A stretch of DNA of 64,000 nt from an uncultured cyanobacterium (GTDB lineage Bacteria > Cyanobacteriota > Cyanobacteriia > Cyanobacteriales > Nostocaceae). The position numbers were made by a program, and so were the translations under genes. Each line of letters opens with the position of its first letter. Position 1 is the stretch's first letter. Positions 18,044 through 27,059 of the stretch are shown piece by piece. The notes beneath the pieces were generated by a model. That model ran no database searches, had not been told where the DNA came from, and saw nothing but the letters and a program-made list of their open reading frames with translations. The stretch is from contig OY970166.1 of the NCBI GenBank assembly GCA_963706595.1, positions 2,464,001 through 2,528,000 on the forward strand. Reading direction: 5' to 3'.

Positions 18044-20231
18044 ATGTAATATACCTTTGCCACATTTGCTGATAAGCATTTTCCATATCACGAGTAAACT
18101 GTTTAGCATTCCACAGTGGTGCAGTTTGACGAGACTGTAATAACTTCCAATGTATTTGTCGTCTCAAATTAGCATCAGTACCCAAACGCACACCCCACTC
18201 AATATACTCGTCATCACTCCAAGCAATACCTTCACTAATACCTGCATTTACCATCATGGTGTAACTATTCCGTGCTGAAAATTGCTCTCCCACTTTCGTG
18301 ACTAGAGGTACACCCACCCATAAAGTTTCCATTGTCGTGGTTGCACCATTATAGGGATAGGTATCTAACACCACATCAGCAATCTGTAAATTAGCACGAT
18401 GAATTGAGGATGACGGGACTTTTTCTAAAAAGCGTAATCTCTGTTTATTTACTCCTTCTGACTCCGCAATCTCTTCAAAAAATTCTCTGACTACACCTAC
18501 ATTTTTATTAATATCTTTGATTAAAAAATAACTATTTGGTACTTCCTTGAGGATTTTCATCTGTAAACGCACATTATCAGGGTTGCGTTTATAACCAGAC
18601 TGGGCGCTAAAATAAATGACCGCATCACTAGGAATTTCTAAATCCTCTCGTCGCAAAGTCGGTACACCTACTTCAAAACCATCAACAGCTAGATAGGTAT
18701 TTGGTAATCGCCAAATTTTTTCACTGTAATATTCTTGGGCATATTCTGGTAAAACATAATTATCAGCAATATAGTAATCAATAGCAGGTATCCCCGAACC
18801 ATCCCAACCTAACCATGTTACTTGAATTGGTGCTGGTTTTAATGCCACTGCTTCCAAAGTATTTTTACAAGTCATACTATCCAAATCTACTAAAATATCA
18901 ATTTCATCTTGATGAATTTGTTCAGCAATTTCGATTCCATCTGGCCCTAATTTCCTGACATGATCTGAATTTTGTTCATACCAATCTTGCAGAAAGTCGT
19001 GAATATGAGAACGGTAAGTAGCAAAATAAGTATAAATTTCAAATTCTTCTCTATTATGATGTTGATATAACCACCGTGCTAACCAACCTACTGAATGTTC
19101 TCGCAAACAATGGGAAAGATAACCAATTCTTAATTTCTTTGGTGCTTTTATTCTTTGAATATTGGCTTGAGAATAACGGTTATATTGTTCTTGAGCATAA
19201 GCTTGTATGCTGCTTTGGCATATTTTCAGGACTTCATTATGTAAAAAACGGTTTTGTTGAGCATCATCACGTAGATAAGGAAGAAAATATGTACAATGAA
19301 TTATACGATAAATTGCATCACGATCTAACAATAATTGTTGTTCAATTAGTTGAGATAAATTATCTTTATATTGTTTGATAAAAGGGATTGCTTTAGTCCA
19401 ATTTACACCAGTAAATAGTAAAGTATTTAAAATAATATAGTTAGAACACAATAAATCAGGTAAATTTTTAGATATAGAATAAGCTTGATAAGCAAACTCA
19501 ATTGCTACATCAACTTGATTAACATTTTGATGAAATTCAGATAGCGAAGTCAGAGCCTCTACATTATTAGGTTGTATCTGGAGACATAAATTACAGTATT
19601 TAATCGCTAAGTCAAAGCGACTCTCTTTCAGAATTGCTTGATTGGCAGTAATTAAGAAATAATCAATCAGCTTTAATTTATCCTCTATATAGGGAATACA
19701 AACTTCTGCAAACTCTAGAACCCAATCTAAAGCAGGATATTTTTTTAGAGCTTCTTTTAAAACTAGCATTAAAAAAGTAGGGTCAATATTTAAATTTTCA
19801 TCCTGAATTTTTTTAATTAATTCTAAGGTTTTTAAATTATCATTGCTAATACTATTTAACTTTGTAGATAGATGTACTAGTTTTAATAAATTCAAAACAT
19901 TATCTTGATTAATTTCCCGGATATGGTGACGAATTGCCCAAGCTAATACATAGCTATCTAAATCTTCTTGGCGTTGTGCTTCCGTGTCTAAAATGTTGAC
20001 TAATTCCTGAATGTACTGCCCCATATTTGCTTCTTCTTCGTCAATAAGGGCTAACATCCAAGCAGTTTGCGCTTCTGCTTCTTGACCATGTAATAATAAA
20101 GCTAGACCTAAATACCAATGGTATTTTTTTATTTCTGGATACTGTTCACTTAATTCTTCATAAAAATTGATTGCATTGCCATATTCTCCATTAGTCAGAA
20201 ATTGAAAAGCTTGTAATTCTTGAGGGTTCAT
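18042..20231 (-). CDS. TPR + GT41 O-GlcNAc transferase-like protein (ogtA paralogue)
   Basis: N-terminal TPRs; LRIGYLSHCLREHSVGWL, KPAPIQVTWLGWDGSG and DVVLDTYPYNGATTTMETLW motifs. Confidence 0.9.
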   Translation of the reverse strand: MNPQELQAFQFLTNGEYGNAINFYEELSEQYPEIKKYHWYLGLALLLHGQEAEAQTAWMLALIDEEEANMGQYIQELVNILDTEAQRQEDLDSYVLAWAIRHHIREINQDNVLNLLKLVHLSTKLNSISNDNLKTLELIKKIQDENLNIDPTFLMLVLKEALKKYPALDWVLEFAEVCIPYIEDKLKLIDYFLITANQAILKESRFDLAIKYCNLCLQIQPNNVEALTSLSEFHQNVNQVDVAIEFAYQAYSISKNLPDLLCSNYIILNTLLFTGVNWTKAIPFIKQYKDNLSQLIEQQLLLDRDAIYRIIHCTYFLPYLRDDAQQNRFLHNEVLKICQSSIQAYAQEQYNRYSQANIQRIKAPKKLRIGYLSHCLREHSVGWLARWLYQHHNREEFEIYTYFATYRSHIHDFLQDWYEQNSDHVRKLGPDGIEIAEQIHQDEIDILVDLDSMTCKNTLEAVALKPAPIQVTWLGWDGSGIPAIDYYIADNYVLPEYAQEYYSEKIWRLPNTYLAVDGFEVGVPTLRREDLEIPSDAVIYFSAQSGYKRNPDNVRLQMKILKEVPNSYFLIKDINKNVGVVREFFEEIAESEGVNKQRLRFLEKVPSSSIHRANLQIADVVLDTYPYNGATTTMETLWVGVPLVTKVGEQFSARNSYTMMVNAGISEGIAWSDDEYIEWGVRLGTDANLRRQIHWKLLQSRQTAPLWNAKQFTRDMENAYQQMWQRYIT

Positions 20232-20299
20232 TTTTTTACAGTAAAAACCTATTCATATCACAAATGTAAGCTGAGAGATATTTGAAAAGTTTTGGCGAA

Positions 20300-20462
20300 T
20301 ATAGAAATCCGATTTGATTATTGAAAAAAGCTAAGTATATGTATATGTAGGGTGTGTTATGGCTTTAGCCTAACGCACCCACCGTCTTCCAGGTCTTGGT
20401 GCTGTACTCTCCTCAATAACACACCCTACGTGTGTTTCATAAATCAAATATGAATCCTATAG
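20300..20462. mobile_element. MITE with about 27-bp imperfect TIRs and an internal GTAG REP-like pair
   Basis: Left TATAGAAATCCGATTTGATTATTGAAA; reverse complement of the right end TATAGGATTCATATTTGATTTATGAAA. Internal GTAGGGTGTGTTA...TAACACACCCTAC. Confidence 0.75.
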
Positions 20463-20467
20463 AGTTG

Positions 20468-22690
20468 TTATTGCTGATTCTCCATCACATATTTCTGCCA
20501 CATTTGCTGATAAGCGTTTTCCATATCACGAGTAAACTGTTTACCATTCCACAGTGGTGCAATTTGACGCGACTGTAATAACTTCCAATTTATTTGTTGT
20601 CTCAAATTAGCATCAGTACCTAAACGCACACCCCACTGAATATACTCCTCATCACTCCAAGCTATACCTTCACTAATACCTGCATTTACCATCATGGTGT
20701 AACTATTCCGTGCCGAAAATTGCTCACCTACTCTTGTTACTAGAGGTACACCCATCCATAGAGTTTCCATTGTCGTGGTTGCACCATTATAGGGATAGGT
20801 ATCTAACACCACATCAGCAATAGTTAAATTAGCACGATGAATTGAGGATGACGGGACTTTTTCTAAAAAGCGTAATCTCTGTTTATTTACTCCTTCTGAC
20901 TCCGCAATTTGTTCAAAGAACTCTCTGACTACACCTACATCTTTATTAATATCTTTGATGCAAAAATAACTATTTGGTACTTCCTTGAGGATTTTCATCT
21001 GTAAACGCACATTATCAGGGTTGCGTTTATAACCAGACTGGGCGCTAAAATAAATGACTGCATCACTAGGAATTTCTAAATCCTCTCGTCGCAAAGTCGG
21101 TACACCTACTTCAAAACCATCAACAGCTAGATAGGTATTTGGTAATCGCCAAATTTTTTCACTGTAATATTCTTGAGCATATTCTGGTAAAACATAATTA
21201 TCAGCAATATAGTAATCAATAGCAGGTATACCCGAACCATCCCAACCTAACCATGTTACTTGAATTGGTGCTGGTTTTAATGCCACTGCTTCACAGCTAA
21301 TATCCGCAGTCATACTATCCAAATCTATTAAAATATCAATTTCATCTTGATGAATTTGTTCAGCAATTTCAATTCCATCTCGCCCTAATTTCCTGACATG
21401 ATCTGAATTTTGTTCATACCAATCTTGCAGAAAGTCACGAATATGAAAACGGTAAGTAGCAAAATAAGTATAAATTTCAAATTCTTCTCTATTGTGATGT
21501 TGATATAACCATCTTGCTAACCAACCTACTGAATGTTCTCGCAAACAATGGGAAAGATAACCTATTTTTAGTTTTTTCTTAGGGGCTTTTATTCTTTGAA
21601 TATTAGCGTGAGAATAGCGGTTATATTGTTCTTGAGCATAAGCTTGTATGCTGGTTTGGCATATTTTCAGGATTTCATTATGTAAAAAGCGGTTTTGTCG
21701 AGCAGCATCACGCAAATAGGGCAGATAATATGTACAATTAAGTAAACGATAAATTTTATTTCTCTCTAAATTCGGTTTTTCTGTAATTAGCTTATTTAAA
21801 TAACTTTCATACTGTTGGATAACTGGGATAGCTTCATACCAACGTCCACCAGAACGTAATAAACCCTGTAATACCATGACATTAGCATTGATTAAATCAG
21901 TGGTATGAGTTGATAAATTCTGTATTTTTTGAGAAAGATTAATTCCTTGGTCAAAATTGCTAACTTCATAATAAAAAGTTGCTAAGTGACTCAGGACTTC
22001 AGAAATAACTTCTGCATCTGGATAATTAATTTTTAAAGCTAGTTCAGCATATTTAATTGCTAAATTAAACTTGTGTCCTGTATAAGCTGCTTCCGTAGCA
22101 GTTATCATCAAACAGTGAGTCATTTGTAAGGGATCTAAATAGTGAATACACGCTTCAGAAAATTCTAATATCCAAAGCTCAAACCATAATAATTTGAGAG
22201 ATTTTTTTAAAACAAAAAATAGTAATTTTCTATCTATTGCTTCTATGTCAGAATTTAAGATTTCAATAATGCCTAATTCTTCAAAGTTATTTTGAGTCAG
22301 ATTTTCTAAATCTAAAGATAATTTGATTAGCTCTAAAATATTATTAATATTACCAGGATAAATCTCTCGTAAGTGTTGACGAATAACCCAAGCAAGTTGA
22401 TATTGTGTTAATTCTTCCTGTCTTTGTGCTTCTGTTTGTAATACCTTGACTAATTCATGAGTCCACTGCTCAATTTCTGCTTCTTCTCCCTCAAATATTG
22501 CTAACATCCAAGTAGTTTGTGCTTCTGCTTCTTGACCTTGTAAAAGTAAGGATAATCCAAGATACCAATGATATTCTTTAATTTCTGCTTGACTATTAAT
22601 TAATTCTTGATAAATTTCTCCTGCTTGATAATACTCACCTTGTTGAAAAGTTCTAAGCGCTCGTTTTGCTTGAGATTCTAGATTATTCAT
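20468..22690 (-). CDS. ogtA: TPR + GT41 O-GlcNAc transferase-like protein immediately downstream of pilA
   Basis: Same GT41 motifs as above. The pilA-adjacent position matches the ogtA arrangement described for Nostoc punctiforme. Confidence 0.8.
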   Translation of the reverse strand: MNNLESQAKRALRTFQQGEYYQAGEIYQELINSQAEIKEYHWYLGLSLLLQGQEAEAQTTWMLAIFEGEEAEIEQWTHELVKVLQTEAQRQEELTQYQLAWVIRQHLREIYPGNINNILELIKLSLDLENLTQNNFEELGIIEILNSDIEAIDRKLLFFVLKKSLKLLWFELWILEFSEACIHYLDPLQMTHCLMITATEAAYTGHKFNLAIKYAELALKINYPDAEVISEVLSHLATFYYEVSNFDQGINLSQKIQNLSTHTTDLINANVMVLQGLLRSGGRWYEAIPVIQQYESYLNKLITEKPNLERNKIYRLLNCTYYLPYLRDAARQNRFLHNEILKICQTSIQAYAQEQYNRYSHANIQRIKAPKKKLKIGYLSHCLREHSVGWLARWLYQHHNREEFEIYTYFATYRFHIRDFLQDWYEQNSDHVRKLGRDGIEIAEQIHQDEIDILIDLDSMTADISCEAVALKPAPIQVTWLGWDGSGIPAIDYYIADNYVLPEYAQEYYSEKIWRLPNTYLAVDGFEVGVPTLRREDLEIPSDAVIYFSAQSGYKRNPDNVRLQMKILKEVPNSYFCIKDINKDVGVVREFFEQIAESEGVNKQRLRFLEKVPSSSIHRANLTIADVVLDTYPYNGATTTMETLWMGVPLVTRVGEQFSARNSYTMMVNAGISEGIAWSDEEYIQWGVRLGTDANLRQQINWKLLQSRQIAPLWNGKQFTRDMENAYQQMWQKYVMENQQ

Positions 22691-22713
22691 GATTGTGAAA
22701 CTAAAATAAAAAA

Positions 22714-22746
22714 TAAAAGTAGGTAAGAATATTACCTACTTTTATA
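22714..22746 (-). terminator. Hairpin terminator or attenuator between pilA and ogtA
   Basis: AAAAGTAGGTAA-GAATA-TTACCTACTTTT, followed on the minus strand by a long T-rich run. Confidence 0.7.
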
Positions 22747-22818
22747 TTAATTACATGAAATTATATGTGTAATATGGTTGAAAAATTGATATTTTCCAAA
22801 GCCATTTTATAAACTATC

Positions 22819-23388
22819 TTATTCAATTGCTTTGAAGCCCTTAGTATCAACACATATTGGTGCAACTGTGCTAACAGCAGGAATAACAGTTACACCATCG
22901 GCAGCGAAAGCACCTGCATCTTTCTTCTGGCAAAGGATAGCAGTTGTTGTTGTCGCACCACCAGATAGAATTAGGTCAGTAACACCTATAAAGGATCTAA
23001 GATTACTGGTATTAATCGGATTAGCAACGTTCAGTGAGGCAATGAAAGCACCAGCATCATCTAAAGTACCACCACCAATTTTCTCAACTGTGTATTTATA
23101 GTTAGTAGTTTGAGTTGCAATACCTAGACCCATGTTGGTAATATCAGTAGCAAACTTCTGGTTTTCTAGATAGAATGTTTGTTGACCTCGGTTCATAGAA
23201 CCAGCGTATTGTTTACCCTCAGATTCTCTGGCTTTGTTAGCTTGGTTCAAGAAGGAAGGTAATGCAATAGCGGACAAAATACCGATGATGATGATTACAA
23301 CAAGTAATTCAATAAGTGTAAAACCTTGCTCGTCTTTCTTTTTATTGAGGATGTGTTGGAGAAACTTGGCTTTTAATTCGGTTTTCAT
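22819..23388 (-). CDS. pilA: Type IV major pilin
   Basis: Basic leader and class III signal G|FTLIELLVVIIIIGILSAIALPSF; NQANKARESE; two C-terminal Cys. Confidence 0.93.
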   Translation of the reverse strand: MKTELKAKFLQHILNKKKDEQGFTLIELLVVIIIIGILSAIALPSFLNQANKARESEGKQYAGSMNRGQQTFYLENQKFATDITNMGLGIATQTTNYKYTVEKIGGGTLDDAGAFIASLNVANPINTSNLRSFIGVTDLILSGGATTTTAILCQKKDAGAFAADGVTVIPAVSTVAPICVDTKGFKAIE

Positions 23389-23433
23389 AAGTGTTTTCCC
23401 TGAGTTATGATTTTATCTTCCGTTCTAGATATA

Positions 23434-23441
23434 ACTTACCC
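23434..23441 (-). promoter_or_regulatory. SigF-type promoter element upstream of pilA
   Basis: GGGTAAGT about 45 nt upstream of the ATG. GGGTAA is the known SigF element of cyanobacterial pilA promoters. Confidence 0.65.
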
Positions 23442-23498
23442 ACACTCGATCAATTTCATATCACCCCAACAAAAAATTTTTTCTCATCGTTGTTTGAG

Positions 23499-24830
23499 CT
23501 ACGAAGATTGACGCTCTAGCATTATGTAACCAAGGCTTTCTAGCCTCAAAAACCACTTTTTCACTATATTGAAAGCTTGCTCCTCATCTGTCGGTGTTGA
23601 GGTTACGGGGTCTATTGGTCTAAATTGTTTCCAACGCTCTACTAGAGACATCATCGGCTGGGGTTGATCGAACAAAGGTATCAAGCAACTGGCTATTGAG
23701 CTTTCTATCTCAATAAATCCTGGTGTCGGCGATAAATATTGACTAATCACAAATGGTCGAATTTCTTGAAGAGAAGCGATGATACCTTCTTGGAACTTGG
23801 AATTTTTTAACTGAGGACACAGATGCACTTGCGCTGTATGCCAATCAGAGTCAGTCCATTCGGAAATGGGTAAAACATCCTGTGCTGACTGAGGATGACC
23901 ACACCAAAAGTCAATCAGCCGATGAATAGGATGTAGTAGTTCAAATAAATGTAGGCTCTGTTCTACAGAAATATCTGGTAAGCTCATAGCCAGAAAAGCA
24001 GGTAAATTATCTGGCTCTTTGAATAAATCCATCAATTCCCACTGTCGCCAGTTAACCATACTGATAAACTCTAGGTCAGAGTCTCGCAAAGCGGTAAACA
24101 AATCAGTTACGGTGTAACCTTTATCCCCTTGAAACAAGTAATTCATTAAAATTAATTCTTTTCCGTCTTCCCCTTCATAATTGGAGTTCCACGTTGTAGC
24201 TTTAAGCTGGACATTATCCTTCAAAGCCTTCATACTTTCCACTACGATGTCCATTTCCATGTCTTCTGGGTTTCCTTCCATTAAACCCATCATGGTGAAG
24301 ACCTTTTGAGCGCGAAACAGATGGAATCTCTGAAGTGAACTATGTAGATTACTCCGAATAATCCCATCTGGCTTTAAAACTGCTTTCATTGCTCCTAACG
24401 CCACAGTCAAATCAGGAAAGAGATACAGCAGTTCATCACAATTAATATAATCAAATTGATAATTTAGGGTTGGCAATTCCTGAAGAGGCAAGACATGAAA
24501 CTCTGCGTTATCAAATCCATGATGTTCTAAACGCTGCCGAGCTAATTTAATTGATTCCTCTGAAATATCAACTCCGATAATTTTTGCTCCTGGATTAGCT
24601 TCTGCTAGAACTAGAGATTTATAACCAGTACCACATCCAGCATCTAAAATTACTTTATCTTTGGTATTTATAACTTTTTGGTTTCTTACATAATAAGATG
24701 TGAATAAGTTATGAATATAAAGTAAATTGGGTTTTTCTTTAGGTGATTGTTCAAGGGGAATTCGGGGATATGGACAACTGTCAAATTGTTGACGAATTTT
24801 CTCTAGTAGCTCAGATTCGATATTTACCAT
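23499..24830 (-). CDS. Class I SAM-dependent methyltransferase upstream of pilA
   Basis: ILDAGCGTG, IIGVDIS, FDYINC and LKPDGII motifs. Confidence 0.88.
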   Translation of the reverse strand: MVNIESELLEKIRQQFDSCPYPRIPLEQSPKEKPNLLYIHNLFTSYYVRNQKVINTKDKVILDAGCGTGYKSLVLAEANPGAKIIGVDISEESIKLARQRLEHHGFDNAEFHVLPLQELPTLNYQFDYINCDELLYLFPDLTVALGAMKAVLKPDGIIRSNLHSSLQRFHLFRAQKVFTMMGLMEGNPEDMEMDIVVESMKALKDNVQLKATTWNSNYEGEDGKELILMNYLFQGDKGYTVTDLFTALRDSDLEFISMVNWRQWELMDLFKEPDNLPAFLAMSLPDISVEQSLHLFELLHPIHRLIDFWCGHPQSAQDVLPISEWTDSDWHTAQVHLCPQLKNSKFQEGIIASLQEIRPFVISQYLSPTPGFIEIESSIASCLIPLFDQPQPMMSLVERWKQFRPIDPVTSTPTDEEQAFNIVKKWFLRLESLGYIMLERQSS

Positions 24831-25137
24831 TGCGATTACTCCTGATACTAAATTTTTGGGTATGATTACACAAGTCTTAGTATGCCCAAATTTTCATATT
24901 TATAACACATCACAACAGCAAGAGGTGATTATAAATTGCAGCTACTCAGACAAATACCACCAAACCTGGATTTTGTACGTCCGTGCTGGTAAGTGAAATT
25001 AGTGGGCTATAAGAACCCAACCCCCAACCCCCTCCCCGCAAGCGAGGAGGGGGCTATGATATAGCTTATATGATTAGGAAACGCTATATATTGTATTCAA
25101 ATCAGAATGGCTGTAAACTTTACCAAAAGTAGCATCA

Positions 25138-25935
25138 ATGAAAACAGATGTAATTTTTTATGAACTGATTAAGGAACTACCACAAATATTTTTTGAACTG
25201 ATTGAAAAACCTGATACAAATCCCAACATATATACATTCACTGCGCCTGAAGTTAAACAACAATCCTTTCGCTTAGATGGCGTATTTACCACAAGAGAGG
25301 GTTTTGAAAATGAACCTTTATATTTTGTAGAATTGCAAACCTACAAAGATGAAGAGTTTTACGAACGGCTTTTTGGGGAAATTTTTGTTTATTTCCGTCA
25401 ATATCAACCAGCGAACTCAGACTGGTATGCAATTGTCATTTACGACAAACGCATTCACGAAAGCCCACCTCATCCCCGCTATCGGGTTTTAACCGAACAG
25501 CATCTACACTGTGTTTATCTGAATGAACTTTCTACCAGAGATGAATATTCTTTGGGGTTAGGAATTGCTAAACTATTTGTAGAAACACCTAAAAAAGCAC
25601 CTTCCTTAGCCCAACAGCTAATCACTCAGGCGAGGCAAAACTTACCTGATGAAAATCTGCAAAAGAAAGTGCTAGCATTTATTCAAGCCATAGTATTTTA
25701 CAAGTTTCCCACGCTAGCTTTAGAGGAAATTGAAGCCATGCTTGATTTAGATGAATTCCAAAATACTCGACTATACCAGAGTATCTTAGAAAAGACCAGG
25801 CCGCAAACTGAATTAGAAACGAAATTAAAATTAGCCTCAAAACTTACCGAGAAAGGTATGAGTATTCAAGAAATAACAGAACTGTTAGAACTAGATGCCC
25901 AAATCATTAGGCAACATCTACAACAACAGTCATAG
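25138..25935 (+). CDS. Rpn/DUF2887-family PD-(D/E)XK nuclease
   Basis: MKTDVIFYELIK...EVKQQSFRLDGVF...YFVELQ and a C-terminal HTH-like tail. Flanked by REP-like palindromes. Confidence 0.85.
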   Translation: MKTDVIFYELIKELPQIFFELIEKPDTNPNIYTFTAPEVKQQSFRLDGVFTTREGFENEPLYFVELQTYKDEEFYERLFGEIFVYFRQYQPANSDWYAIVIYDKRIHESPPHPRYRVLTEQHLHCVYLNELSTRDEYSLGLGIAKLFVETPKKAPSLAQQLITQARQNLPDENLQKKVLAFIQAIVFYKFPTLALEEIEAMLDLDEFQNTRLYQSILEKTRPQTELETKLKLASKLTEKGMSIQEITELLELDAQIIRQHLQQQS

Positions 25936-25950
25936 ATAATGCTTTCTCAT

Positions 25951-26139
25951 GCTCCCCTCTCCTTAGTAAGGAGAGGGGCTGGGGGTGAGGTTCTTGATTC
26001 AGTTTAGTAAAGAACCACCGTGTACACACAACTTATCGAATCACTACCAGTCCTCGAATTACCCCACCCTAACCCTCCCCTTGCAAAGGGGAGGGGACTA
26101 GATTTTCCGGTTTCCCCCCTTGGAAAGGGGGGATTAAGG
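25951..26139. repeat. Cluster of REP-like GC-rich palindromes; target of the ISAs1 insertion
   Basis: CCCCTCTCCTTAGTAAGGAGAGGGG, CCCTCCCCTTGCAAAGGGGAGGG and TCCCCCCTTGGAAAGGGGGGA. Confidence 0.8.
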
Positions 26140-26952
26140 CAGGGCTGTTTCATTCCACAAGAGCAAGCAGTTTGTCAATATCATTAGAAAGAAATCTATG
26201 AGCAATTGTGATGGAAGTATGACCATTGCGGCGCAGTATATTCATAGCGATCGCTCTGAGAACTGAGAGATTTGCCGGAGCATTCCCCAGACGGATAGTG
26301 GAATTATCTTCCTTGAGAACGGTATCTTTAACCCAATGAAGGCAATTTTCGATACTCCAATGACCGCGAATGCCACAAGCAAATTCTGCGGCTGTGCGAA
26401 TCAGGCTACTGATATAACAGACAATCTCATGATATTTTTTACCCCCTCGTGTTCCGAATCTTTCCACTCGAATCAAAGATTTAATACCAGTCCATTGTGG
26501 GTCAATTCCATTCAAATCATCGAAAACTTCGACGATACGTGTTGTGAGTCTATCCCTAGTTTTTTCGGTTTGTACATAACGACTCTTTGGTTTTGTTAGT
26601 GCCGCAATGCGTTGAATATGACGGTGCAGTTTTGGCTGATTATTTTTGACGGCAATGACGTAATCGTTGTTGCTGTCTATGATTAACTGGCAAGTTTTTT
26701 TTGGCAATGTAGGGAATCAAAGCTAAATACAGCACCTTTTATTTCCAAAGTGGCAATTAATCTTTGTACGGTCTGGATTTCACTCTCCGTCTTATTTTCT
26801 AGTTTCTCCATACCTAAGACCAGCCCTCTTTTACTCGCAAATACTGAGACTATGCTGACAAAGTTCTGACTACATGACTTGTAGTTTTCAACTGTTCCTT
26901 TAATGCTTTTACCATCTATGCCACACCATTCTGATGGTTCTAAATCAACGTA

Positions 26953-27057
26953 GTGGACTGACAAGCTTAAAATAGTGCATTAGATAAAAGCAGAAAACAT
27001 TGATTTATCTCAATTTTGTCAAAAATCTATTGCAACATTTTAGCCTTGTCACCCCAG
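26953..27057. mobile_element. 105-bp non-autonomous IS630-type MITE (left copy)
   Basis: Ends GTGGACTGACAAGCTTAAAATAGTGCATTAG and CTATTGCAACATTTTAGCCTTGTCACCCCAG, flanked by TA at 26951-26952 and 27058-27059. Confidence 0.85.
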
Positions 27058-27059
27058 TA

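Noticed and set aside
18042..22690. Diversity-generating retroelement template/variable repeat pair
   Set aside because: The repeat is about 1.2 kb of coding DNA in both copies, the differences are not confined to adenines, and no reverse transcriptase is present.
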